A DNA stretch of 64,000 nt from Azolla caroliniana (lineage: Eukaryota; Plantae; Polypodiophyta), in NCBI GenBank assembly GCA_043228905.1, contig JBHGNT010000002.1, positions 24,738,001 through 24,802,000 of the forward strand, written 5' to 3'. The notes beneath the pieces were generated by a model. It did no database searches. It saw only the letters and a list, made by a program, of their open reading frames with translations, and was not told the origin of the DNA. Of the stretch, positions 1 to 14,163 are shown piece by piece. Position 1 is the stretch's first letter; each line of letters begins with the position of its first letter. The position numbers and the translations under genes were made by a program.

Positions 1-67
1 TTTAACTATTTTATTATAAGAATGCATATCTCTCTAGGATAAGAAAACCTCTCGCTCTCTAACCAAT

Positions 68-998
68 ATGCTGCTAAGGACCTCCTCTACACTTAGTGCT
101 ATTACGACCTCTCTTCAATACAACAATTTCCATATTATGACAATAGCTCAATCCCAACCAACCCTAGATTCAAGCTTTAATTATAACAATAGTCATCACG
201 GTAGTAAGCATCATATTCCTAACCACCATGTGGGTTCTCATCTATCACTCGATCAATCACTAGAGAGTAGGAGAAATTTAGCTTTTACAAGTTTAACATT
301 AAATATTGGTAATGATGGTGATAATGGTAACAATAATTTCCATGGTGTGAATGTAACATCTAAAGATGATGATAATAATGATATTAATTTGATCAGTAGA
401 GAGAAATACTACCAAAAACTATTGGAGGAAGATCCACACAACCCTTTGCTTCTTGGGAACTATGGAGAGTTCTTGTACAAACACTCTCCTCATCGGGAAG
501 AAGATATGAGGAAATGTGAAGAGCTCTATGAAATGGCCATTGTTGGAGATCCCACTGATGGCACAATTCTTGCACGCTATGCTGAGATACAATGGGATGT
601 TCATAAAGACCGACAACAAGCTAAAGTTTACTATGATCAAGCCATCCAATCTTCCCCAAATGATTGGTATGTATGTGCATGTGCTCATGTACATATGCAT
701 GTAAGCATACATTCATTAATAAGCTTCTTAACATTATATTTTTCATATATTTGTGTTACTTTCAAAATCTATGTGTTTCTTGTTTGACAATATTGTCACG
801 TTTATATAAATGATCAAAATTGAATTGATTGAACTTCATATATAAAGGATATTAAAATGTTTTTGCAGCTATGTCATGGCTTCGTATGCTTCATTTCTAT
901 GGAATGATGTGGAAGATGATGATGAAATAGATACAAAGATGATTGAGACTATTTCACCATCACTTATAACTCCGACATTGATTCGTGCAAAGACATAG
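68..998 (+). CDS. Plant TPR-like superfamily protein, 2 exons (68-666, 869-998)
   Basis: The protein starts MLLRTSS and has TPR-like helices (YYQKLLEEDPHNPLLLGNYGEFLY; ELYEMAIVGDPTDGTILARYAEIQW). A GT donor at 667 (tg|gtatgt) and an AG acceptor at 867-868 (ttttgcag|c) restore the family motif DCYVMASYASFLW plus an acidic tail, with TAG at 996-998. Confidence 0.88.
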
Positions 999-3180
999 AA
1001 CGTTGTTTATGAGAACAAGCCTACTCCTCTAGGCCCAATATGGTGTATATATTATACTATATGTATATATAATCCATTGCAATATGCTATGGAACCATTA
1101 GTTAGTCATGTATTAATATTAAACTACTCTTGCCCTTATTTATGTCTAGTTGTTAGCTACTAGAAACAAGTGACTGTAACACAAATTTGTTTTGAGCAAG
1201 CAATTACAAGGCCTAAATCATGTTAAGAAGGTTGTTGAGGAGTTGTTTAATATTCTATCTACCCAACTATTCCATTGCAAGAGAATTCTATTTGATGGTT
1301 AAAATTCAAAATATCCAATGGATATTGTAACCATATGTGTACATTTTTAATATGGCCTCTATTCAACAACATATAAGACAGAGGGTTTTACAAAATGGGA
1401 TTTAATTATATATATATGTTTATCTTTAAGACTTATCTAAAAGGCAAACATCTTGATATTGTACCACAAAAGTGTTTAACGCATTGACATAGTGACAACA
1501 TACCAACATCCATCCATTTTGTGTTTTGCCAATAGAAGAAGTTCATTCTACTCTAAAGATTTGTGCCATATGCCAACTAAGAGATAAATTACAATTCTAA
1601 GAGACACTTGCATGTTGAGAGATGATTGCAAGAGGTTTATTATGTCTTTAGTCCCTCAATTGCACTTGGAAAAATGTCTTGAATTGTCTACTTCTTGAAT
1701 CCTCAAGGTAAACTTGACAGAGAGTCTCATCATTAATCAGATTATATTCATTGAATGTTCGACTACAAGTCCATAAGAATATTCCAAATAATTAATGACC
1801 CAAGCTTTGGAGAATGAAATTTTCCTGATGTGATCACACTTAAAATTAAAAACATGTATTAATTTTTTCAACTTTGTTCTTTGAACTAACTAGGAAAACC
1901 TCAATCTTCTTTAGGCTTTGTAGATATGTCTCCCAACCACCACACCTATGAAGCTTGTTGCTCTTAGTTTTGACAACTCAATATTGTTGAAGCCCCAATA
2001 TCATGCTAAAAGATTGGTATACACAACATGCTTAATCTAGTGTTGATGCTCACAATGAGAGTCATGGGGATGAACCCATGCTCATCCATAGGGGAGGGAG
2101 AAACAACTCAAGATTGTTGCTTGCTTTGTGGATACTGAAGTAAAAATCAATTTGGTCAAACGTGCGACCAATAAATTAGTAATATGTTCAAGAAACCAAC
2201 ATGCATTAACTAATATGACGTTGTTTATAGGGAAATTAATTATAAAGTATATGTGTACAAAATAGCTAGAGAGAGAGAGAGAGAGTCTACACACACAAAA
2301 ATCAAATTTATTGATATTTACAAGAATAGCCTTGATCCAGACTAGCATTAGGCTAGTGCTTCAATGAGTCTGGCATCAATCGAAATTAGTGTTTTGGTAC
2401 GCTAGTTGATCCATGGTATTATACAAATGCATGTAGATTATTGCATGTATACCGTATACGACACAAAAAAACCTATCAATGTGAAAATTTTGTTTAAATT
2501 ACATAATCTTGCTACATAGGTTCTATTATGTATGCTTTATGCAAGATAAAGATTGGTATTCAACCCCCAACTTGTAATCTAATCTTTAACAACAATACTC
2601 CTTGTTTTTTCAAAATATATAGTTTTGCCTTTTCTAGTATCAATCAATGGCTATGTTATGCATGTCCTTGAACAAGAAGGAAATTGTATGAAAATTGTAT
2701 ATCCCATGCACATTGAGTTTCTTTTTTATTTTGGACTTGAACATGCATTAACCCTATGCCTGATTGTAGTAAAACTTACATTTCCCTTATATGTAAGGGT
2801 GAAAGGTTCTTTGGACACCATGAAGTACAACAACTCTTTACAATGTCTATCTCATGATTTTAGGTGTCTTCTTACTTGAAAATACATAATAACAAATAAG
2901 TTTTGTAACATCATTATTATGTGGTTTAAGAATATTTCCTTTTACCCTACATATCTATTGTCGTACTCCATAGGGACCATTAAATAAAAACTAATTTTTC
3001 ATACTCCAATTGTCCAATAGGCTCTAATATCTACTGTAGTCAAACACTATCTTATATGATGGGATGGGTAAAGCTCCACCTCCTTAAGTGAAAACACATT
3101 GAAAAGGTTTACAAAATTTTCGAGTTAACAATGTCCAAAGTTGTAGCATAGCAACCCATGTAGCTTTAGCTACTAAGTAC

Positions 3181-3393
3181 TTTGTGTGAACACACGATCA
3201 TATCAATAAATGTGTGTGACAAACACCAAAATGGTACCACAATTGAGTGTATTCACCTCTGCAAGGGCAAGGAGACATGTTGAATCACTATTATGTTTGT
3301 GTGAAAACACATGATTATATTAATAAATGTGTGTGAAAAACACTACAATGATACCACAATTGAGCATGGTCACTGAGACATGTTGAATCACTA
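3181..3393. repeat. Degenerate tandem duplication, about 115-bp unit x2
   Basis: tttgtgtgaa..aataaatgtgtgtga..taccacaattgag..gagacatgttgaatcacta occurs at about 3181-3290 and again at about 3296-3393. Confidence 0.6.
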
Positions 3394-4222
3394 CTCTCTC
3401 TCTCTCTCTCTAGTAAATAGACGGCCTCAAAATCTCAAGTGAGATCCCATAGACGTGAGCAATAATGTAATGAAAACATCAATAGGAAAGGCAAATATTA
3501 TGCCTTACTAACTCATATATTGGATTTCCCCAAATGATAACAACCCATGATGTTTCTGACAATGACAACCACCAAGGTAACCCACCTTTCAATTGCCAAA
3601 TATGTCTTTCCACCCCAAATTGTGTGTCAAATATGAAGGCATTACGTACCCACCAAACATTCCTGAACACCTAATATATCTGAAGATCTAGAAAACATTT
3701 TGAACATGTAACAAAAGATAACCCAAGCCTACTTGTGCAAAGACCCATTGGAATGAGGTTTATATATACATTTGTCTCCTCCGTCCCACTCTTCATATTG
3801 TAGAATCAATTGAAAGAACCTAAGTTCAATCCTCACAACAACTTGGTCGGAGTGTCCTATGTAGATCGTGTGGGTCGTTGCCATTAAGAATATGTCAATC
3901 TATATATTCGATTGGTTATATGCTCCTATTCTATTTACCTTCTCCCTCTCTATAATAATCCCCCACCCCCTCTCTCATTCCATTCTTCTTTATCTTTTAT
4001 ATTTCATTTAAATAACAACCATGTCACTAGAGTTGGACAATAATGATTGAGATGCAAAAGAAACCAAAAATGATTATAGCTTAACATCTTTATATACAAA
4101 GAGCTATCAAGTGTTTCAAGAGGATCCATGATGTATTGGAACCACCTCAATCCATATACATGTGTTCACATGCGGAATCCGCAAATCGAAAGAGAAGATT
4201 TGCCTAAACATATCAAAACAAA

Positions 4223-5161
4223 TTATGTCGCAAGAAGCAACATTGGAAGTGGTGGTAGTGAAGATTCCATCTTTCCTTCATCGTCTTCTTCAGCATCCCA
4301 TAAAAATGAAGCATAAGAAGCCATAACATAGCTGCAAAAATTAGAGTAGACTGGTCCTTTAGCAACTTCATTATTGAGTGTGTATCTACATAAAATAATA
4401 ATGTAGATCTAAAGATTTATCAAGTCTGGTTCATACATATATACATACATGCATACATACCAATCATCAGGGGAAGACTGGATAGCTTTATCATAGTACA
4501 ATTCTGCTCGTTCACGATCTTTACGAGTATCCCATTGGATCTCGGCATACCGAGCGAGAATCTCACCATCATTGGGATCTGCAAGTATGGCCCTTTCATA
4601 TAACTCTTCACATTTCCTAGCATTTTCTTTATTACTAGAGTACTTGTACATGAACTCTCCATAGTTCCTAAGAAGCAAGGGGTTGTTCGGATCTTCTTTC
4701 AATAGTGCTTGATAATAATTCTTCCTAATTATGAATTCATCATCATTATCATCATCATCATCATCTTTACTTGTCTTCGTAAAGCCATGATCGAAATTAC
4801 CACCCCCATTATTATCACTACTTAATGCTAAGCTAAGCAACTTTGGTTTGCTACTCTCCCTTGATAGATCTAATGTTAGATCATAGCTAGTTGCATGCTC
4901 ATTATTACTAAGCTTGCTACTAAAATAATTGTCATTATTAAAGCATGAATGTAAGTCTGGTTGGGATTGAGCTCTACTCATTAAACAATGAAGAGGGACC
5001 TTCAAATTTATATGATCTAATGAGGGTTGAATATTTAAAGAGGAATTAGAGGGAGAGAGGGAAAATTGAGATACAATATACTCATGGGTACTTGTATGCT
5101 CAACGTGTGATAAGAAAGAGTTAATAACACCACTTGGTGCAGAGGAACTCCTAAGAAGCAT
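4223..5161 (-). CDS. Plant TPR-like superfamily protein, paralogue of 68-998, 2 exons (5161-4461, 4331-4223)
   Basis: The protein starts MLLRSSSAP and has the same TPR-like core. It has the same phase-2 intron (tg|gtatgt ... tttttgcag|c). Exon 2 reads CYVMASYASFLWDAEEDDEGK..., with the stop TAA at 4225-4223. Confidence 0.88.
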
Positions 5162-6564
5162 ATTGGTTAGAGAGCGAGAGAGAGAGAATGTGTGTGTTGT
5201 GCCTTACACCTTAAGGGAGAACTCTTGATGGCTTTATGTAAGAATCCTTTTATATGAAATGGTACAAATTCATTTGTTTTGCAATTTGACATAAATTGCT
5301 TGGTGCAAGTGGACACACACCACTTTAAAAGCTGAAACTCCTTTTGCATCAATTTGATACCAACCGTTGGTCATCAACTTGTATTCATCGATGAAAACTT
5401 GTCAATATCATTCACTATGAGACAATCAGTGTAACAAGAAGCACACATTCATTAGAATATAATGATCTCTCTCCCTTCCTTCCCCCCAGGGCCCACCCCC
5501 CAAAAAACCTGCCCTCCAGGATAGATTCATTGAGAGAAAGACCAAAATCACCCTTCTTACTAGGGGCCATAACAATGTCTATATGCACCTCATCAAAAAG
5601 TTGATTTACCTAAGCTTGACTAAAATCATATTTAAATTTTTTGCAAGCTCACTTTTCAACAAAATCAACCATTCATCAATAGGCACATAATTAGAAAACT
5701 TGCATGTTTAATCATGGCTAGAAATTATATTGTAGGTAACCAAAGATTAGTACAATCATAAACTATGTAGCTAGAATGATAAGTGCATCGAAATGATTAT
5801 GTTGTACTTAATGGCAGTAGTTAGATAATAGCTTCTTACAACAAAAATCATGAGCCTTTTGGTCCTCATGAGTCATGGTAACTTACCGTAATTGATTGTG
5901 TCATACTTAGTCATTGATGTTGCAAAAATATTATTGTATGATTTTAAGGAGGTGGGATATGATTCACATTTTCAAAACCGAAGGTAGTATCAATAAGACC
6001 CTTGATATGAGGGGTAATATTGAGAAAGGTTACCAAATTCTACAATTATACTTTATAAGAACAATAATAGGCTTGAAAAAAAGTATTATATTTGACCAGT
6101 CGAATTCTTAGACAAGATGTTATTAAATATCCAGATAGCATGTCACATGGACCTTTGCACTATCTCCTCCTCACAAACCTCCTACTGTCAAACTAACCCA
6201 TATCCCACATGGACCCCTACACCATCTCCTCCCCACAAACTTTGTAACCCATACGCTTAACCATCTCCTCTTTTCCTCACACCTCCATTGCCTATCATGC
6301 TCACAATCTCTAGTTTTCAAATGAATTGACCCTTGCTTTGGGATGTATTGGTTTTTCTTTTATCCCTTTATCAGTACATTTGCCATTTGTAAGTTAGTAT
6401 GTATGACAAACACAATACGTCTAGTATCAAAAGAACAAATGTCATCATTGATCTTGCTAATTGCTAACAATCTTTATCGAATTGGTAATAAATTGCATGC
6501 GCACACAATATTGCATGCATATACAATGTCTCTCTTACACGCACACAATATTACATGCACATAT

Positions 6565-6645
6565 AATATATATATATATATATATTGATATATATATATA
6601 TTGATATATATATATATATGTATGTATATATATATATATATATAT
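6565..6645. repeat. Interrupted (TA)n microsatellite
   Basis: Read directly from the sequence. Confidence 0.9.
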
Positions 6646-7229
6646 ATTTATTTATCATCTATGTATCATTCTATAAACATGTTGTAGTTATCAAGACATT
6701 ATGTATAGAACACATTGTCATGTAGTCCCTCTTATTTGCAAACTTATTTATACATATGAGTTAATAGAAAATATCCACATTGGAAAAGAGAAGACTAAGT
6801 AGTAAGTAATTATAAGGGAAAACCTTAACATGTTTACAAAAACATTCACTTCAGTTTAATATAAAACATCACTAGTCTTTCTCATCATAAAACAAAAGAT
6901 AAATGCTAAATGCTAAATTACTGGTATTTTATCAATGAAAACTAGAAACACCCCAATATGAGCATGAAGCTTCATATCTTTTAACGAACCTTTGTATTAA
7001 TCTATTCTTTCTTCTTGAATAGAGAAAGAGGACTTCATGGCATGATTGTCATGCCAAATTCCCAACTACATTTGTTATTGAAGAAATTTTTAGTCATTTT
7101 GATTCACATTTGACACATGATTAATGAAGTAGGTATAACAAAAACGTTTTATATTGTTAGTCTTTAGGAAACAAGGTGCAAAGTGTGAAGGCTTGACTTA
7201 TTGGTATTGAAGGAGTGGCAACAATGTCA

Positions 7230-7900
7230 AGTTTCTTCAATGATAGATAGGATTAGCAAGAGGAAACAATGAGAAAAGACACAAAATAAGGGAACCCCTA
7301 GGGATAAACTTATCGCAAAGATGTGGTGCTTTATGCAAAGATGTGCCGCAAACTTCCTTTTAGAGCTATTAATTAATAAGTTGAATGTTAATAGCTCTAA
7401 AAGGAAGTTTTTTTTTCCAAAAAATGACTCTAAAAGGGAGATTATGCTTTTGAAGAGACAAAATAAAGATAAATCATACATGAAATTGTGGAAAGTTTAA
7501 AATACCTTGGCCTTACCGTTCCCTCGAATCATAGATAGAATAACGTGCTACCCATTGCTTAGAGGCGGGAGGGAAAAGGAGCATAATATCCATTCGAGAA
7601 CACATGCAATGGTGGATAAATTAAATGTTGGGTCCTCAAGAATACCTTACCGATCCACTTTTGTGACACCAATGCATCTCTATAGGGTGGAAGTATAAGA
7701 CACTAGCATCTCTAAGTCCAATTTGAAATAGTTTAATATTTTGCAAAAACAAATTTATAAAGTTTCTCCAGTAAAAAAACAAATGACATAAAACCTTTTA
7801 TTTGTTCAGACAAGATCACTTCCCATTGAGATTATGGCCATTGAAAGGGTTGTTGAATCCTTGCTTAAGGTTCAAGAAAATCCCTCACATCAAATTCCTA
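7230..7900 (+). mobile_element. Highly decayed non-LTR (RTE-like) RT C-terminal remnant
   Basis: Broken frames read ..VESF-KYLGL.. (about 7488-7515) and ..VTPMHLYRVEV.. (7663-7695). It resembles the minus-strand remnant at 27-28 kb. Confidence 0.4.
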
Positions 7901-8398
7901 GAATGAAATGGTAAGCAAGAAAAAAAATAAAAAACACACATAAAAGTAATATTTTGTGATGCGGGTAGATGTAAGATATAGAAAATTAGTTTGGAAAGTG
8001 GGACACAACAAACTTGCATCATGATGCATTGATTTAACTTGTTTTCTTATTGATGTAGAGTATCTACTTGAAAAAACGAGCGATGGCGGGAGCGCGAGCA
8101 GCAGCAGAGCGTGGAGTGGGAGTAGCAGAATAGGGCGCGCAGACAGGGCGAACAAGAGTAGGCGCAGGCGCAGGTACAGGTGCATGATGAAGAACGCGCA
8201 CGCTGTCCACCAGAGCAGGAGCAGGAGCACAACGCCAACTGTTGTCTAGGTACTCCCACACCCACAGTCCTCCCTCCCTCCCCCAACCAGAAAACGTACA
8301 TTAATTAATTAATTAAACAACACACAAAACAAAGGGGGAAGGGAAGACCTACATAGATAGCCTCGCAAGACACATAACTCGCTCTGGAGGGAGGAATC

Positions 8399-9853
8399 GT
8401 GCTTCCACCAACGACCCGTTTGCTCGATGAAGAAGGTGGTTCAAATCTCGACATTACGTTGTCCCCTGAGGCCAACCGTTTCTTATCGGAGGAAATCGAA
8501 CGTCTACAACATACCTCCTTCATATGTAGGTTTCTGGCAGGTAGACCAAGTCGGGGAATGGTTCGGGACATGTTCCAGGTGACTGTGATGGAGAACATGC
8601 CTGTGATCAAGAGTGTCAGGGGTTTAGGGAAAAACTTCTTCCACATCGAATTAGGTAATGGCTCGCTGGCGCAACCACTGGTCGAGCTCAAGGTACTCGA
8701 ACTGAAGTACGACAAGGTGTTGCTTCAGCCATGGTCACCAGGGTTCAATCCGATTGAAGAGTTATGGAAACTCAACAACCCTAGGGTGATCAACGCAACA
8801 TTTCCCGGCCTCCCTCCTCATTTGTGCCATCTGCTCCCTCTTTTTGGCGAACAAATAGGGATGATATGTCCTCAAAAAGTGTCAATGGCAGACACAGTTG
8901 TGGTGGTGCCCAAGTTGCTCATCTTGGTGCCTTCCCTCCAAGGACTTCCATCAAGGATTAGACTCTACTCTGAGGAGCTAGGTCTCACAGTGGTGAAAGT
9001 GGTTTACGAGGGACTTCCGGGGCAGTGTTTCATTTGCAAACAGACAGGACACCTAGCTAAGGCGTGTCCTCGCAAGATTGGAAAGGGAAGCTCGGGACCT
9101 CGACCCTCGGGCAAAGTCGGGCCAACCAAGGGTGACGAGGCTCCTTGGATACCCGCTAAGAAGAAGGGGAAACTTGGAGGCCTAGGTGCATCCTCTTCCA
9201 CCCTTTTTCGTGACCACCCCTTTGAAAGAAGTCCCGCTACCTTGTCACCAGCAAGCGCGGACGAGCAACCCTTGAAACGGGTAAAGATCCTCTCCGGGAG
9301 TGCTGATGCACCCGACCTACAGGTGAGAGCTACCAACAGATTTACACCTCTTCAAGGGTTAGGGGATGGCGACCCAGAAGCGCTGGCAGCAATGTTGTCC
9401 CCATGCGACTCCTCATGCCTTCCCCCGCGAGAGCCTGAACTTGTGTTCTCTACCCCGATGGAGATGCAACCCCAACTCATACCGTCCACCCCGAAAGAGA
9501 AGTTGGTAAAGGCCCCCCTCTCGTTGGAACGTGAAGGTGGTAGGGGCCTTAGATTAGTGAAATCGTGGATCCGGACGGGCAAGCTCAAGGACAAGGGAAA
9601 GGGTAAGATAGGCCGACCAACACCTGGTTTGGCGACGCCTCTCTTAGATAGAGGGATGCAAGAGGTGCCACCGCTTCGGAGCACAAATGTATCGCGGGAT
9701 CTATTTGAAGCGGGTCGGGAACGATCGGCTGAGAATCCCGTAGGGGATTTGCAGCCTGCTGTGGAGACCATACCCCCCGAAATAGGTGTTAGGTTGCCCC
9801 TTAACATGGGGATCGGCCCGAATATGGGCGTCAACGTCACCGCTTTCGGATGA
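8399..9853 (+). CDS. LINE ORF1 (DUF4283/RRM-like region plus CCHC zinc knuckle); start probably damaged
   Basis: The knuckle reads CFICKQTGHLAKAC and is preceded by a VVYEGLP motif. An in-frame ATA at 8357 and TAA at 8375 suggest an original ATG...CAA N-terminus. Confidence 0.85.
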   Translation: MLPPTTRLLDEEGGSNLDITLSPEANRFLSEEIERLQHTSFICRFLAGRPSRGMVRDMFQVTVMENMPVIKSVRGLGKNFFHIELGNGSLAQPLVELKVLELKYDKVLLQPWSPGFNPIEELWKLNNPRVINATFPGLPPHLCHLLPLFGEQIGMICPQKVSMADTVVVVPKLLILVPSLQGLPSRIRLYSEELGLTVVKVVYEGLPGQCFICKQTGHLAKACPRKIGKGSSGPRPSGKVGPTKGDEAPWIPAKKKGKLGGLGASSSTLFRDHPFERSPATLSPASADEQPLKRVKILSGSADAPDLQVRATNRFTPLQGLGDGDPEALAAMLSPCDSSCLPPREPELVFSTPMEMQPQLIPSTPKEKLVKAPLSLEREGGRGLRLVKSWIRTGKLKDKGKGKIGRPTPGLATPLLDRGMQEVPPLRSTNVSRDLFEAGRERSAENPVGDLQPAVETIPPEIGVRLPLNMGIGPNMGVNVTAFG

Positions 9854-12800
9854 GGATCCTAACGTGGAATGCACAGGGCCTTGGTGGAGGCCGACAACAC
9901 CAAGAGTGCCGAAGACTTCAGGAGGAGCTGAATCCCCTTAATATAGGGGGCCATATTGACATATTGCTTTTGCAGGAACACCACCTCTCGCAAGAGCGAA
10001 CTCAGAGCTTAGTAAACCCCCTGTCGGGTGGGTGGACCACATGGTGGTCAGCTGCACAAGGGGACCTCCACCGAAGAGGAGGGGTCTGCATCTCGATCAA
10101 CGATAAGGCCCAATACGAAGTAACATCATCTGGCACGTTGGTGGAGGGTCGGGCCTTATACGTGCTTCTGAAATGGAATCACCTACAGGTTGGGGTGCTA
10201 AACATTTATGCCCCTAACTCAGCCCCCGAGAGAGCAATCTTTTGGAGGACGCTAGCGACAACATTACCTGATGCCGAGGCTTGGGTAATGGCAGGTGATT
10301 TCAACATGACTGAACACCTGGGAGATAGGAAAGGAGGGACCCAGAGGCCTATTTATGGTGCAGAGCTGGATTCATGGGCTTTCCTAATTGGCAAAATCGG
10401 GGTGAGGGATACATGGGGCTCTTCCCTTAGGAGAAGCTCACATTCACTGCATTTTTCCAGAGCCGCCGGGAATGCTAGGGGCGGTAGTCTTGCACGACTT
10501 GATCGCATATACATCAGCTCATCCCTCGAAGAGCTTGGGGGCGCCTTTGCTATCTTGGCAGGTCTTACCTTTTTAGATCATCAACCGGCGAGACTAGACC
10601 TTAACCCACCCAACGATAGCAAGGGCAGTCTCAATGTGAAGATCCCCACAAAGATCATGAAGAGTGAAGAGGTGAAGGCCGGTTTACAAAGTATATGGCA
10701 GGACACCACGGGCAGTGAATCAGCCAGCGAAGATTTGCAAAAAAAATTGGCCCTCTCCTCCTCCTTCTTACAACAGGAGACCAAGCGCGCCCTCCAGCAG
10801 GTTAGAGCCATTGAAACAAAATTAAGGAAGGCCGTTGCGGCAACGCAACGGCTGCTACAGGTAGACCCTAGTTGCACTTGGTCTAGAGCTAAGTTGGAGG
10901 AAGCAAAGATGAAGGTACAGGAGAGGACTTTGGAGAAGAATCGAATGCTGTTTCGAAGAAATGCAACATGGTGGGCTAGAAAAGACGACAAGGTCAACTG
11001 ACATTTCTTTCACTACAAGGCACCCAAGGGTGGTGGTGGACGTATACAAGGGTTGCGAAAACCAGACGGCTCGATAACGGAGGACAAGACTGAGATTCTG
11101 TCAATGGCAACACAATACTATCGTGACCTCCTCGCACCTATGCAGGTGAGGCAACACACAGAGCTGGCTGATCGAGTGATGTCTTGCATTCACCCCAAGG
11201 TAACCCAGGCGATGGAAGTTGTGCTCGATAGCCCCATCTCTCGTTTAGAACTCTCGGAGGCGCTTAGGGGATTGCGAAGGGGTGCATGCCCCGGCCCCAA
11301 TGGTCTCTCACGAGATTTCTTCGAGATTCATTGGGAATGTGTCATCCCGTCTTTGGAAGCTGGAGTTCAAGAGATTTGGTCCTCAGGAAAGATGCCAATT
11401 GGTTTGGCTGAGGGGCTGATATATCTCATCCCCAAAGTGTCAGAGCGAAGCCTAGAGTTGCGCCAGTGGCGTCCAATCACGATCCTTAACACGGCATACA
11501 AGATACTCACTAAAGTCCTAGCTCAGCGGTTAGCAAGCTTCTTACCAGACATCATACATGACAATCAAACTGGATTTGTCAAGAACAGGTGTATCTTTGA
11601 TAATGTGGCGCTTCTTTGGGAAGCTATGGCATTGGCCGGCCGCTTCGTATCGAGCTCGACTATTCTGATGTTAGACTTCGAGAAGGCCTACGACCGGGTG
11701 TTATGGCCCTTTTTGGAAAATGTGATGCGAGCTTTGGGCCTACCTCAAAAATGGAGGAATTGCACTTCTGCACTCTACCGGACAACTATGAGTAGCGTGC
11801 TGTTGGCTGGTTCTAGGGGACCCGCCTTCCAACTACAACGCTCAGTGAGGCAAGGTTGTCCCCTAGCCCCATATCTCTATCTCTTTGTAACCGAGGCTTT
11901 CTCTGCCTACTTACAAGCACCAACCAACGGGCTGCGGGGATTGCCCATCCCCAATGCGACTGAAGATTTGCTGTTATCTGAATATGCCGACGATACGGTT
12001 CTTTTCTTGCAAGGTGATGAGGAGAATCTGCAGTGGGCTGAACATCTTGTTGAGGACTTTTGTCAGGCGGCTGGGGCCAAGATCAATTGGAATAAAACCC
12101 AAGGCCTATGGTTCAGCGAACAAGAGAAACCAAGATGGCAACCCCATGCCGATTTTATGTGGGTCCCTAATGGGACGACGTTCAAGTACCTTGGATTTAC
12201 TATGGGGAGGTCAATCCCCAAGGGAGCACAATTGGCCCACGTACAAGCCAAAATAAACAGGAAGTTGACCCAATGGAGTAGATCTAAACTATCCTTCGCT
12301 GGTAGGGTCCTTGTTGCGAACCAAGTGTTGCTCGCTACCATGTGGCACTCAGTCTCCTGCTGGATTATGGACCTTGCAGGTCTGCACGCGATTAAGGCTG
12401 CCATCAGGGGGTTTATATGGTCAGGTAAGGACAACCCAAGGGCTGCTGCGAGAGTGTCATGGTGTTGGTTAACGCAACCGCGGGCCAAAGGGGGGCTTGG
12501 CCTCATAGACCCCTTAATGCAAAGTTGTTCATTGATGGCTAAAATGGTGGTTTGCTGCCTCCTGCCAGGTAAGGGGTGCTGGAAGGTACTTCTTCGCAAC
12601 AGGCTGCAGGCAGGAACTCCCAAGTATGGTAGGCCTTGGCCCGACTTCTTGAATTGGTGCTGCACGAGCGGAGTCCCACCCAAGCTAGCTTGCCATCCGG
12701 AGGACAAGGTCACGAACTCCATCTTGCGGGCATGGTGCCATCTACGACAACATTTGGTCAAACACACCCTGGAGACATTGACCGAATGGACTAGACAGCC

Positions 12801-14163
12801 ACTATTCTGGAATCCTCACGTGCGAACAAGTAACGACACGATGCAAGGGCAACTTAAGGGCCTAGCATGGGGAAAGTTGGCACAAACAGGCCTCTTATCT
12901 ATAGACGATTGGAGACGTATGGCTGTTTCAGGAAGAGCCCAAGAGGACCTTTTCCCTCCCCTCAAGGGAGCTACGAAAATGTGGAGACTGATAGCTGAGG
13001 CAGTTGCTAGGGTTCCGATGGGGGAGGCGAGAGAACCTGCATGGTTCGGTCTCTTTGACGAGGTTGGAATGGTCAAGTCGCTAAAGGGTGTGAGCGGATC
13101 GGGGAGAGATACAATTTTTGGGGACAGTCAGAGCAGGGGCTCTTGGCACCCAATCCGAGTGGTGGCACAGGTTGACAACATCTGGAAGACAGACCCGGAT
13201 GTTGTTGAGGTGGAACCCCATTGGAGATTAAGGGTATATGGCTGTCGCCCCCTTGTCGATCTGGATTGGGACCCAGGGGATTTTAGATGGAAACATGATG
13301 ATAGACTCCATCACTTCTTCGATTACACCACTAAATTGGGTCGGACTTTGCAGCTGCAGCTGGGTAGCCCCCTTCGCAATGGCTGGCGAACATTGGGCAT
13401 CCCCGATGAGGCGCTCATTACCTTTTGGAAAGGTATCTGGCGCCTCCACATGCCTGAAAAGATCAAGCTCTTTTGGTGGCAGATCGGTCACAATGTGGTG
13501 CATGTTGGTGAATGGCTAGGTAAACGCGGCGGCCCATTAGGCTGCCCACTGTGCTCTCAACCTATTGCGACTCTGAGACATTGTCTGTGGGATTGCCCTC
13601 AAGCTCAAAAGATCTGGGATAGAGTGACTCGCCTCCTTGCGGCATGTGAAGTTGAAGGAACAGCCTCGTGGAGCGCTGCGGCATGGATTGGTCACTCGGT
13701 TGAAGGGTGGACGGACACCGTCAATGCGGATAGTTGGTGCTATGTATGCACGAGAGGCAAAATCATCAAGATCCGTTTCGAAAGAGGCTTGCAGCCCGCA
13801 TCCCCTAGGTTTCCACAAATCTGGATGCTGATTGCAGGTTTCACCTTGTGGTACATATGGAAAGCGCGTTGCCTCAAGGTTTTCCAAGGTACGGTACGGC
13901 CCCCGGACGAAGTGATCATGGACATATGGTTCACGATTATCAGCTGCCTACGAGGGCAATTGGAAGAGATTTGCAGCCACTCCAACGACGTGATCTCTGC
14001 CCAGTTGCGCTTTTGGCAGAAATGGAGGAACACACCTATGGTGATGCATGGCGAGAGTGGGCCGAGGTGGAATTACCAGCCCCCACGCTGGTTGTTTCCT
14101 ACTCACCTGCCACCCTCTCTTCGTTGTAGGCCCCAAGAGCCGACTCGTACTAGGCAACATTGA
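9850..14163 (+). pseudogene. LINE ORF2 (APE endonuclease, RT, zf-RVT) with one in-frame TGA at 10999-11001
   Basis: Motifs: ILTWNAQGL, LLLQE, NIYAPN, GDFN, RLDRIY; WRPITILN, LDFEKAYDRV, RQGCPLAP, EYADD, FKYLG; CPLC..HCLWDC. The two ORF-track pieces (9850 and 11053) are in the same frame. Confidence 0.92.

Noticed and set aside
667-787. Hydrophobic C-termini of the TPR ORFs in the ORF track (also 4409-4460)
   Set aside because: They are read-through into introns; splicing restores the conserved second exon.
1000-7200. Short ORFs in the AT-rich intergenic DNA
   Set aside because: No recognisable motifs or exon structure.
10999-11001. LINE ORF2 as two separate genes (endonuclease and RT)
   Set aside because: Both parts are in one frame, separated by a single TGA, with coding-like sequence across it.
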